A DNA stretch of 64,000 bases, from assembly GCA_903905505.1 (NCBI GenBank), contig CAIVGL010000022.1, positions 19,322-83,321 on the forward strand, in the 5' to 3' direction. The notes under the pieces were generated by a model. That model saw nothing but the letters and a program-made list of their open reading frames with translations, did not search any database and had not been told where the DNA came from. Below are positions 57,251-64,000 of this stretch, piece after piece. Positions within the stretch are counted from its first letter, which is position 1; the number at the start of each line of letters is the position of its first letter. Position numbers and translations under genes: made by a program. This stretch comes from an uncultured Bacteroidia bacterium. Lineage in GTDB: Bacteria; Bacteroidota; Bacteroidia; Bacteroidales; Prolixibacteraceae.

Positions 57251-58078
57251 ATGGCAGTTAGAAAATTAAAACCAGTAACCCCGGGACAAAGGCACAAAAT
57301 TGCAGGTACCTTTGAGTCCCTTACAACTGGCAACACACCTGAAAAATCATTGTTAAGGCCCATGAAGAGTACCGGTGGCCGTAATAGCGCCGGGAAAATG
57401 ACAATGAGGTATATAGGTGGAGGGCATAAACGGAAATATCGTGTAATCGATTTCAAAAGAGAGAAAGATGGTATTCCGGCAAGAGTTGATTCGATTCAGT
57501 ACGATCCAAATCGGACTGCGCGTATTGCACTTTTGATTTATGCCGATGGAGAGAAACGTTACATGCTTGCACCGAATGGCTTACAGGTTGGACAAATTGT
57601 TCTATCTGGTGCAGAAGTAGCTCCTGAAATCGGTAATGCACTTCCCTTAGCAAAAATACCTCTTGGTACGATTGTTCACAACATTGAGTTGCACCCTGGA
57701 CAGGGAGGCATCATGGCCCGGTCAGCCGGAACATATGCTCAGCTAACTTCACGTGAAGGACGATATGCCATCATAAAACTCCCTTCTGGCGAATCCCGTA
57801 TGGTATTAGTAACTTGCCGTGCAACGGTAGGTACCGTCGGAAACTCAGACCATGGCCTTGAAAGATCAGGTAAAGCCGGTAGAAGCCGTTGGCAAGGACG
57901 TCGTCCTCGCGTCCGCGGTGTTGTAATGAACCCTGTTGATCACCCGATGGGTGGTGGAGAAGGTCGTGCTTCCGGTGGTCATCCACGTTCACGTAAAGGA
58001 TTACTTGCGAAGGGCTTCAAAACCCGTTCGAAGAAGAAAGCTTCTAGCAGGTATATCATAGAACGTAGGAAAAAGTAA
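57251..58078 (+). CDS. rplB: 50S ribosomal protein L2
   Basis: [24 protein letters not shown] and [13 protein letters not shown]. Confidence 0.98.
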   Translation: MAVRKLKPVTPGQRHKIAGTFESLTTGNTPEKSLLRPMKSTGGRNSAGKMTMRYIGGGHKRKYRVIDFKREKDGIPARVDSIQYDPNRTARIALLIYADGEKRYMLAPNGLQVGQIVLSGAEVAPEIGNALPLAKIPLGTIVHNIELHPGQGGIMARSAGTYAQLTSREGRYAIIKLPSGESRMVLVTCRATVGTVGNSDHGLERSGKAGRSRWQGRRPRVRGVVMNPVDHPMGGGEGRASGGHPRSRKGLLAKGFKTRSKKKASSRYIIERRKK

Positions 58079-58105
58079 TCACTAATTTTAAATGAACAGT
58101 AGATT

Positions 58106-58375
58106 ATGAGTCGTTCGCTAAAAAAAGGCCCTTTTATTGACTTTAAGTTGGAAAAGAAAGTTCTGGTTCTCAATGAAGCAGATAAAAAGTCGGTCGTAAA
58201 AACATGGGCAAGACATTCAATGATTTCGCCTGATTTTGTAGGTCATACTATAGCAGTTCACAACGGGAATAAATTTATCCCTGTTTATGTAACTGAAAAT
58301 ATGGTAGGACATAAATTAGGAGAATTTGCTCCTACCCGCACCTTTAGAGGTCATGGTAACAACAAAAAACGTTAA
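58106..58375 (+). CDS. rpsS: 30S ribosomal protein S19
   Basis: SRSLKKGPF and [12 protein letters not shown]. Confidence 0.97.
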   Translation: MSRSLKKGPFIDFKLEKKVLVLNEADKKSVVKTWARHSMISPDFVGHTIAVHNGNKFIPVYVTENMVGHKLGEFAPTRTFRGHGNNKKR

Positions 58376-58418
58376 GCCATGAACGCGCAAATGTATAATA
58401 GTAGTAAAAAGTACCAAG

Positions 58419-58835
58419 ATGGGTTCTAGAAAAAAGAAAAGCGCTGAATTGCTGAAACAGGCAAACAACGATAGATTTCAATCTGTTCTGCGTGACTGCC
58501 CAACTTCGCCGCGCAAGATGCGCCTGGTTACCGATATGATTCGTGGAATGGCGGTAAATCGTGCACTTGACGTTCTGAAGTTTTCCTCAAAAGAGGCTTC
58601 TCGTAGAGTAGAGAAACTGCTTCTTTCAGCAATTGCCAACTGGCAAGCTAAGAATGAAGGGGTTCGACTTGAAGAGAGCAACCTATACGTGCAGGAGGTT
58701 TTTGTGGATTCTGCTCGCATGCTTAAACGGTTACGTCCTGCACCGCAGGGTCGTGGTCACCGGATAAGAAAGCGTTCAAATCACGTAACTGTCCGTTTGG
58801 CAAGTAAAAATGTTGTAGCAGAAAATACGAAATAA
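58419..58835 (+). CDS. rplV: 50S ribosomal protein L22
   Basis: [12 protein letters not shown] and operon position. Confidence 0.95.
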   Translation: MGSRKKKSAELLKQANNDRFQSVLRDCPTSPRKMRLVTDMIRGMAVNRALDVLKFSSKEASRRVEKLLLSAIANWQAKNEGVRLEESNLYVQEVFVDSARMLKRLRPAPQGRGHRIRKRSNHVTVRLASKNVVAENTK

Positions 58836-58839
58836 TAGT

Positions 58840-59574
58840 ATGGGACAAAAAATAAATCCGATTTCAAATAGACTTGGAATCATACGAGGATGGGATTCCA
58901 ACTGGTTCGGTGGAAACGATTATGGTGACAAACTTGTCGAAGACCACAAAATCAGGGGCTATTTAAATGCCAGGCTATCAAAAGCTAGTATTTCAAGGAT
59001 CATTATTGAGCGCACCTTGAAGTTAATCACCATAACTGTCCACACCGCTAGACCGGGTATTATCATCGGTAAAGGTGGACAAGAGGTTGATAAACTGAAA
59101 GAAGAGCTTAAGAAGATTACGAAAAAGGAGGTTCAAATCAATATATTTGAGATTAAACGTCCTGAACTTGATGCTCAAATAGTAGCTAGCAATATTGCTC
59201 GCCAGGTGGAGGGAAAAATCGCTTACCGTAGAGCAACAAAAATGTCAATTGCTTCAACCATGAGAATGGGTGCTGAAGGGATTAAAGTTCAAGTGTCTGG
59301 TCGATTGAATGGTGCTGAAATGGCTCGTTCAGAGATGTATAAAGATGGTAGAACCCCTTTGCATACGCTTAGAGCTGATATCGATTATGCACTAGCTGAG
59401 GCCTTGACTAAAACAGGTTTGATTGGCGTTAAAGTTTGGATCTGCCGTGGCGAAATTTATGGCAAACGTGATCTTTCTCCTAACGTGGGACAATCAGCAC
59501 AACAACAGCGTGGACCAAATCGCCCTGCAGCCGAGAACGGTGGCAAAGGTGGATTTAAGAAACGTAAAAAGTAA
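58840..59574 (+). CDS. rpsC: 30S ribosomal protein S3
   Basis: MGQKINP...RLGI and the KH domain GIIIGKGG. Confidence 0.97.
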   Translation: MGQKINPISNRLGIIRGWDSNWFGGNDYGDKLVEDHKIRGYLNARLSKASISRIIIERTLKLITITVHTARPGIIIGKGGQEVDKLKEELKKITKKEVQINIFEIKRPELDAQIVASNIARQVEGKIAYRRATKMSIASTMRMGAEGIKVQVSGRLNGAEMARSEMYKDGRTPLHTLRADIDYALAEALTKTGLIGVKVWICRGEIYGKRDLSPNVGQSAQQQRGPNRPAAENGGKGGFKKRKK

Positions 59575-59595
59575 TCATCGACAAAGCTAAACAAG

Positions 59596-60030
59596 ATGTT
59601 ACAACCGAAAAAAGTAAAATTTAGAAGAGTACAAAAGGGCAAACTGAAAGGAAACGCAGGTCGTGGAAATCAGTTATCATTCGGCTCTTTTGGTATAAAA
59701 AGCCTGGAAACAGCATGGTTAACCGGCCGCCAAATAGAGGCAGCCAGGGTCGCAGTAACGCGACATATGCAGCGTCAGGGTCAGATTTGGATTCGTATCT
59801 TCCCAGATAAACCGATAACCAAAAAACCTGCAGAGGTTCGTATGGGTAAGGGTAAGGGAGCTCCTGAAGGTTTTGTGGCTACGGTAACACCGGGTCGGAT
59901 CATCATCGAAGTAGAGGGAGTAGCATTCGGACTTGCTAAAGAAGCATTACGTCTGGCAGCTCAAAAGCTGCCTGTGACTACCAAATTTGTTGTTAGACGC
60001 GATTTTGTTGAATCTTCAATAGTTGAATAA
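59596..60030 (+). CDS. rplP: 50S ribosomal protein L16
   Basis: MLQPKK.KFR..QKG and RMGKGKG.PE. Confidence 0.97.
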   Translation: MLQPKKVKFRRVQKGKLKGNAGRGNQLSFGSFGIKSLETAWLTGRQIEAARVAVTRHMQRQGQIWIRIFPDKPITKKPAEVRMGKGKGAPEGFVATVTPGRIIIEVEGVAFGLAKEALRLAAQKLPVTTKFVVRRDFVESSIVE

Positions 60031-60224
60031 TGAAAAATTCTGAGATCAAAGAGTTAACAACACCAGAAATCATTGAAAAGATTTCTATTACGAAAGAGGA
60101 ATATATTCGTATGTGTTTAAATCACAGCGTTAATCCGCTTGAAAATCCGATGAGAATACGGTTTACCCGTAAAAACATTGCTCGCCTAAATACGGAATTA
60201 CGTAAACGTCAACTTGCAAATTAA
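60030..60224 (+). CDS. rpmC: 50S ribosomal protein L29
   Basis: Size (64 aa), operon position, [11 protein letters not shown]-type C-terminal helix. Confidence 0.92.
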   Translation: MKNSEIKELTTPEIIEKISITKEEYIRMCLNHSVNPLENPMRIRFTRKNIARLNTELRKRQLAN

Positions 60225-60232
60225 TTAGTTCT

Positions 60233-60490
60233 ATGGAAACCAGGAATCTTAGGAAAGAGCGAATCGGGGTTGTTGTCAGCGACAAAATGGAAAAAACCAT
60301 TGTCGTAGCAGAGAAAGGGAAAGAAAAACATCCAATTTACGGTAAATTCGTAAATAGGACGACCAAATTCTATGCGCATGACGAAAAAAATGACTGCAAT
60401 ATCGGTGATACGGTATTAATAATGGAAACACGCCCGCTGTCGAAACAGAAGGGTTGGAGATTAGTTAAAATTTTAGAAAGAGCGAAATAG
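60233..60490 (+). CDS. rpsQ: 30S ribosomal protein S17
   Basis: G.VVSDKM.KT.VV, YAHDE.N and I.E.RPLSK.K.W. Confidence 0.96.
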   Translation: METRNLRKERIGVVVSDKMEKTIVVAEKGKEKHPIYGKFVNRTTKFYAHDEKNDCNIGDTVLIMETRPLSKQKGWRLVKILERAK

Positions 60491-60492
60491 CC

Positions 60493-60858
60493 ATGATACA
60501 GCAAGAATCACGTTGTACAGTCGCAGATAATAGCGGAGCTAAAGAAGCTTTAGTAATCCGCGTTTTAGGAGGAACCCGTAAACGTTACGCCAGTGTTGGA
60601 GACAAGATTGTGGTAACCGTTAAGAAGGCTATTCCTGGAAGCGATATGAAAAAAGGGACTGTATCCAAAGCAGTTGTCGTCCGCACTTCAAAAGAAGTAC
60701 GTCGGGCCGATGGGTCTTATATCCGATTTGATGATAACGCGGTAGTGTTACTCAATGCGGCAGGTGAATTACGGGGTACCCGTATCTTCGGTCCTGTTGC
60801 TCGTGAACTACGCGATAACTTTATGAAGATTGTCTCATTAGCACCTGAAGTACTTTAA
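60493..60858 (+). CDS. rplN: 50S ribosomal protein L14
   Basis: MIQQES...VADNSGAK and IRFD.NA.VL. Confidence 0.98.
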   Translation: MIQQESRCTVADNSGAKEALVIRVLGGTRKRYASVGDKIVVTVKKAIPGSDMKKGTVSKAVVVRTSKEVRRADGSYIRFDDNAVVLLNAAGELRGTRIFGPVARELRDNFMKIVSLAPEVL

Positions 60859-60870
60859 TCTATTCAGACT

Positions 60871-61194
60871 ATGCAGAAAAAATTACACATAAAAAAAGGA
60901 GATACAGTAGTCGTAATGACTGGCAACTCAAAAGGACAACAAGGGAAAGTTCTCGAAGTTGTTCGTGAAAGTGAACGCGCTATTGTGGAAGGGGTTAATT
61001 TGGTGTCTAAACATACCAAACCAAACGCTAAGAGTCCTCAGGGTGGTATCGTCAAACAAGAAGCAACAATACATGTTTCTAATCTGATGTTGAAAGATCC
61101 AAAATCTGGTAAACCAACTCGTATTGGTCGCCGCCTTGATAAAGATGGAAAACTAGTTCGCTATTCAAAAAAATCAGGGGAGGAGATTAAGTAA
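60871..61194 (+). CDS. rplX: 50S ribosomal protein L24
   Basis: KKGD.V.V..G..KG..GKV KOW motif and operon position. Confidence 0.95.
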   Translation: MQKKLHIKKGDTVVVMTGNSKGQQGKVLEVVRESERAIVEGVNLVSKHTKPNAKSPQGGIVKQEATIHVSNLMLKDPKSGKPTRIGRRLDKDGKLVRYSKKSGEEIK

Positions 61195-61754
61195 TGGGTT
61201 ATGTACCTACATTAAAGCAGAAATTTCGCGACGAGATAGTACCTGTCTTGCAAAAAGAATTCGGATATAAATCCGTTATGCAGGTTCCTCAGCTCGAGAA
61301 AATTGTAATCAACCAAGGAGTTGGTGCTGCTATTGCGGATAAAAAAATTATGGAAGTAGCCATTGAAGAGATGTCTACGATAACTGGTCAAAAGGCCGTT
61401 ACAACGCTTTCAAAGAAGGATATCGCCAACTTTAAGCTCCGTAAAAAAATGCCTATCGGTGTTCGTGTTACACTAAGAAGCGATAAAATGTACGAGTTTC
61501 TAGAGAGACTTGTTAGCATCGCTCTTCCTCGTATCCGTGACTTCAAAGGTATCGGAGATAAATTGGATGGACGTGGTAATTACACCTTAGGTGTGACTGA
61601 GCAAATTATCTTTCCAGAGATCCTATTAGATAAAGTTACCAAAATGAATGGTTTTAATATAACTTTTGTAACCACAGCTGCGACTGATGAAGAGGGCTAT
61701 GCGTTACTTAAGAGTTTTGGATTACCTTTCAAGAACGCTAAAAAGACTAATTGA
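61194..61754 (+). CDS. rplE: 50S ribosomal protein L5
   Basis: LPRIRDF.G....[16 protein letters not shown]. Confidence 0.97.
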   Translation: MGYVPTLKQKFRDEIVPVLQKEFGYKSVMQVPQLEKIVINQGVGAAIADKKIMEVAIEEMSTITGQKAVTTLSKKDIANFKLRKKMPIGVRVTLRSDKMYEFLERLVSIALPRIRDFKGIGDKLDGRGNYTLGVTEQIIFPEILLDKVTKMNGFNITFVTTAATDEEGYALLKSFGLPFKNAKKTN

Positions 61755-61755
61755 T

Positions 61756-62025
61756 ATGGCTAAAGAATCATTAAAAGCTCGTGAAGTAAAACGCGCTAAG
61801 CTTGTTGAAAGGTATGCTGAGAAAAGAGCCCGGTTAAAAGCAGAGGGTGATTATATCGGAATGAGCTTGTTGCCTCGCAACTCTGCCCCAATCCGTATGC
61901 ACAATCGCTGCAAGCTAACTGGTCGTCCGAAGGGATATATGCGCCAGTTTGGTATCTCGCGTATTCAATTTCGCGAAATGGCTTCTGCCGGTTTGATCCC
62001 CGGAATTAAAAAAGCTAGTTGGTAA
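61756..62025 (+). CDS. rpsN: 30S ribosomal protein S14 (long, non-zinc form, 89 aa)
   Basis: Start moved to [13 protein letters not shown] (ATG at 61756). The ORF-track start at 61687 would overlap rplE. C-terminal [16 protein letters not shown]. Confidence 0.95.
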   Translation: MAKESLKAREVKRAKLVERYAEKRARLKAEGDYIGMSLLPRNSAPIRMHNRCKLTGRPKGYMRQFGISRIQFREMASAGLIPGIKKASW

Positions 62026-62046
62026 TCGTATAAAATAATTGTAAAG

Positions 62047-62445
62047 ATGACTGATCCTATTGCAGATTTTCTAACCCGACTACGTAATGCCATTAAGGCA
62101 AAGCATAAAGTTGTGGAAATACCTGCTTCGAACATTAAAAAAGAGATGACCAAAATTCTAAAAGAAAAAGGGTATATCTTGAATTATAAATTCGATGACG
62201 AGGTTAACTATCAGGGTACCATTAAAATTGCCTTGAAATATCATGCCGCCGATGGTACATCAGCGATCAAATCGTTGACACGCGCATCAAAACCAGGTCT
62301 TCGTAAATATTGCGATACCGATAAGATACCTCGTGTACTCAATGGTCTAGGCGTAGCTATCATCTCTACTTCTAAAGGTGTGATCACCGATAAAGAGGCG
62401 AAAGCATTGAATGTAGGTGGTGAAGTTTTATGTTATGTTTATTAA
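62047..62445 (+). CDS. rpsH: 30S ribosomal protein S8
   Basis: [15 protein letters not shown] and STSKGV.TD.EA. Confidence 0.97.
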   Translation: MTDPIADFLTRLRNAIKAKHKVVEIPASNIKKEMTKILKEKGYILNYKFDDEVNYQGTIKIALKYHAADGTSAIKSLTRASKPGLRKYCDTDKIPRVLNGLGVAIISTSKGVITDKEAKALNVGGEVLCYVY

Positions 62446-62461
62446 TTAAGGAGGAATTACA

Positions 62462-63019
62462 ATGTCAAGGATAGGAAAACTACCAATTGAAATACCTGCA
62501 GGAGTTACAATAGACGTAGCGTCAGATAATCTAGTTACCGTAAAAGGTCCACTAGGAACTTTGACTCAGAAGGTTGACCCAGATCTGGAACTTGTTGTTG
62601 AAGCAAAACAGATGGTGGTAAATCGCCCAACTGAACAAAAACGTCATCGTGCGATGCATGGTTTATATCGTTCACTCCTTAACAACATGGTTGTTGGAGT
62701 ATCGAAAGGTTATGAAGTTAAACTTGAACTAGTTGGGGTAGGTTACCGTGCTGAATCACAAGGTCAGATCTTAGATCTAGTTCTTGGATTTTCTCACCAT
62801 ACTTATTTGCAAATCCCAAAAGAAGTAAAAGTTGAAGCGGTTACAGACAAACGTGCTAATCCGATTATAACCCTGAACAGCGCCGATAAACAATTAATCG
62901 GTCATGTTGCGGCAAAAATCAGATCATTCCGTTTACCTGAACCTTACAAAGGCAAGGGTGTTAAATTTGTTGGCGAAAAACTTCGTCGTAAAGCTGGTAA
63001 GACAGCTTCTAAAAAATAA
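62462..63019 (+). CDS. rplF: 50S ribosomal protein L6
   Basis: MSRIGK.PI.IP.GV and PEPYKGKG. Confidence 0.97.
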   Translation: MSRIGKLPIEIPAGVTIDVASDNLVTVKGPLGTLTQKVDPDLELVVEAKQMVVNRPTEQKRHRAMHGLYRSLLNNMVVGVSKGYEVKLELVGVGYRAESQGQILDLVLGFSHHTYLQIPKEVKVEAVTDKRANPIITLNSADKQLIGHVAAKIRSFRLPEPYKGKGVKFVGEKLRRKAGKTASKK

Positions 63020-63034
63020 TTGACTTAATAAGTT

Positions 63035-63391
63035 ATGGCTCTCACAAAATTAGAAAGAAGAGAAAGAATCCGTAAACGAATTAGAAAAGTAGTTTCCGGT
63101 ACGAACATGGTTCCTCGCTTAAGCGTATATCGCAGCAACACACAGGTTTATGTGCAGATTGTTGATGATCTAGCGGGTAAAACACTAATGTCAGTTTCTT
63201 CATTGAATAAAGACATTGCTGCTGTTGCAGGTACTAAAGTTGAAAAAGCGGTCCTAGTTGGAAAGCTTGCTGCCGAAAAAGCACTTGCGGTAGGGATCAG
63301 TGTTGTAAAATTTGACCGAGGAGGTTATTTATATCATGGACGCGTGAAAGCATTAGCTGAAGCGGCACGTGAAGGAGGTTTAAAATTCTAA
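63035..63391 (+). CDS. rplR: 50S ribosomal protein L18
   Basis: [14 protein letters not shown] and [23 protein letters not shown]. Confidence 0.97.
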   Translation: MALTKLERRERIRKRIRKVVSGTNMVPRLSVYRSNTQVYVQIVDDLAGKTLMSVSSLNKDIAAVAGTKVEKAVLVGKLAAEKALAVGISVVKFDRGGYLYHGRVKALAEAAREGGLKF

Positions 63392-63396
63392 GCATT

Positions 63397-63912
63397 ATGG
63401 CGAAAAATATTAAAAAAGTTAAAACCAGCGATTTAGAGCTTAAAGACAGGTTAGTAGCAATTAACCGTGTTACAAAAGTTACCAAAGGTGGTCGAACATT
63501 CAGCTTCTCTGCAATTGTGGTGGTCGGAAACGAAGACGGCATTGTAGGTTGGGGACTAGGTAAAGCCAGTGAAGTAACTGCTGCAATCGCAAAAGGCGTT
63601 GATGCTGCTAAGAAAAACCTCGTAAAGGTGCCCGTGATAAACGGAACAATCCCTCATTCTCAAGAAGCAAAATTTGGTGGTGCAAATGTACTACTTAAAC
63701 CAGCTTCTTCAGGAACAGGAGTTAAAGCAGGGGGTGCGATGCGTGCCGTGCTTGAGAGTGTTGGAGTACACGATATCTTGGCTAAATCAAAAGGGTCATC
63801 GAATCCTCATAACTTGGTGAAAGCAACTTTCGCTGCATTACTTGAAATGCGCGACGCTTACACTGTTGCTGAGCACCGTGGAATTACCTTAGATAAAGTG
63901 TTTAACGGATAA
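63397..63912 (+). CDS. rpsE: 30S ribosomal protein S5
   Basis: INRV.KV.KGGR.F.F.A.VVVG and G.G.GKA.EV. Confidence 0.97.
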   Translation: MAKNIKKVKTSDLELKDRLVAINRVTKVTKGGRTFSFSAIVVVGNEDGIVGWGLGKASEVTAAIAKGVDAAKKNLVKVPVINGTIPHSQEAKFGGANVLLKPASSGTGVKAGGAMRAVLESVGVHDILAKSKGSSNPHNLVKATFAALLEMRDAYTVAEHRGITLDKVFNG

Positions 63913-63923
63913 TATATAAAAAA

Positions 63924-64000
63924 ATGGCTAAGATTCGTATTACACAGTATAAGAGTGCCATAGGCGCTACTAAGACTCAGAAAAAAATTATGGTTGCACT
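63924..64000 (+). CDS. rpmD: 50S ribosomal protein L30 (3' end outside window)
   Basis: MAKIRITQYKSAIGATKTQKKIMVAL, read by hand from the ATG at 63924. Operon position after rpsE. Confidence 0.85.
   Translation, partial: MAKIRITQYKSAIGATKTQKKIMVA

Noticed and set aside
61687-61755. Extended start of the S14 ORF overlapping the 3' end of rplE
   Set aside because: The canonical S14 N-terminus MAKES(L)KAREVKR begins at 61756, 2 nt after the rplE stop.
1-64000. Scan for CRISPR arrays, transposases, integrases, toxin-antitoxin pairs, restriction-modification or other defence cassettes
   Set aside because: No direct-repeat/spacer arrays and no ORFs with recognisable motifs of these classes were seen. 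The GIY-YIG locus is the only mobile-element-like feature.

Overview
Everything here was read by eye from the sequence and ORF track, with no searches or folding programs, so family names are recognition-level calls. The window looks like ordinary Bacteroidota chromosome. Supporting signs are a SusC/SusD pair with an ECF sigma/FecR module, a GldA-like ATPase, a GH3-family gene, many TAnnTTTG -7 boxes, and an rpsL-rpsG-fusA block running straight into the S10/spc ribosomal operons without tufA.

Layout:
- 1-8.7 kb: glycoside hydrolase fragment, OYE reductase, PQQ quinohemoprotein, DUF4838 protein, fatty-acid-CoA ligase.
- 9-11 kb: orphan hybrid PAS histidine kinase.
- 11.0-11.8 kb: unusual tRNA-Asn locus.
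- 11.8-27 kb: housekeeping genes (adenosine kinase, tyrS, cvpA, GH3, dNK, ftcD-like, metK, gldA-like, ispG, PBP1A, rfbC/rfbA).
- 27-34 kb: tandem DUF1080 protein, oxidoreductase-like protein, EmrA/EmrB/TolC-type efflux operon.
- 34-47 kb: minus-strand glycan utilisation locus (GH92, ECF sigma, FecR, SusC, SusD, GH95-like).
- 47-51.5 kb: DUF4197, beta-CASP hydrolase, EF-G paralog.
- 52.2-64 kb: 23 ribosomal protein/EF-G genes.

I saw no CRISPR array, transposase, integrase or recognisable defence island.

Most interesting observations:
1. One intact tRNA-Asn(GTT) gene is surrounded by three broken copies. Their D-loop, anticodon arm or T-loop is replaced by TCCCGA...TCGGGA palindromes. An intact small GIY-YIG nuclease gene ends 2 nt from one broken copy, and a 44-nt direct repeat bounds a 496-bp unit.
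2. An EF-G paralog lies divergent from the str operon. Its switch II His and NKxD Lys are replaced, and it sits behind a long, hairpin-rich leader.

The remaining findings are lower-interest regulatory palindromes, repeats, orphan terminator-like hairpins and gene-architecture oddities.
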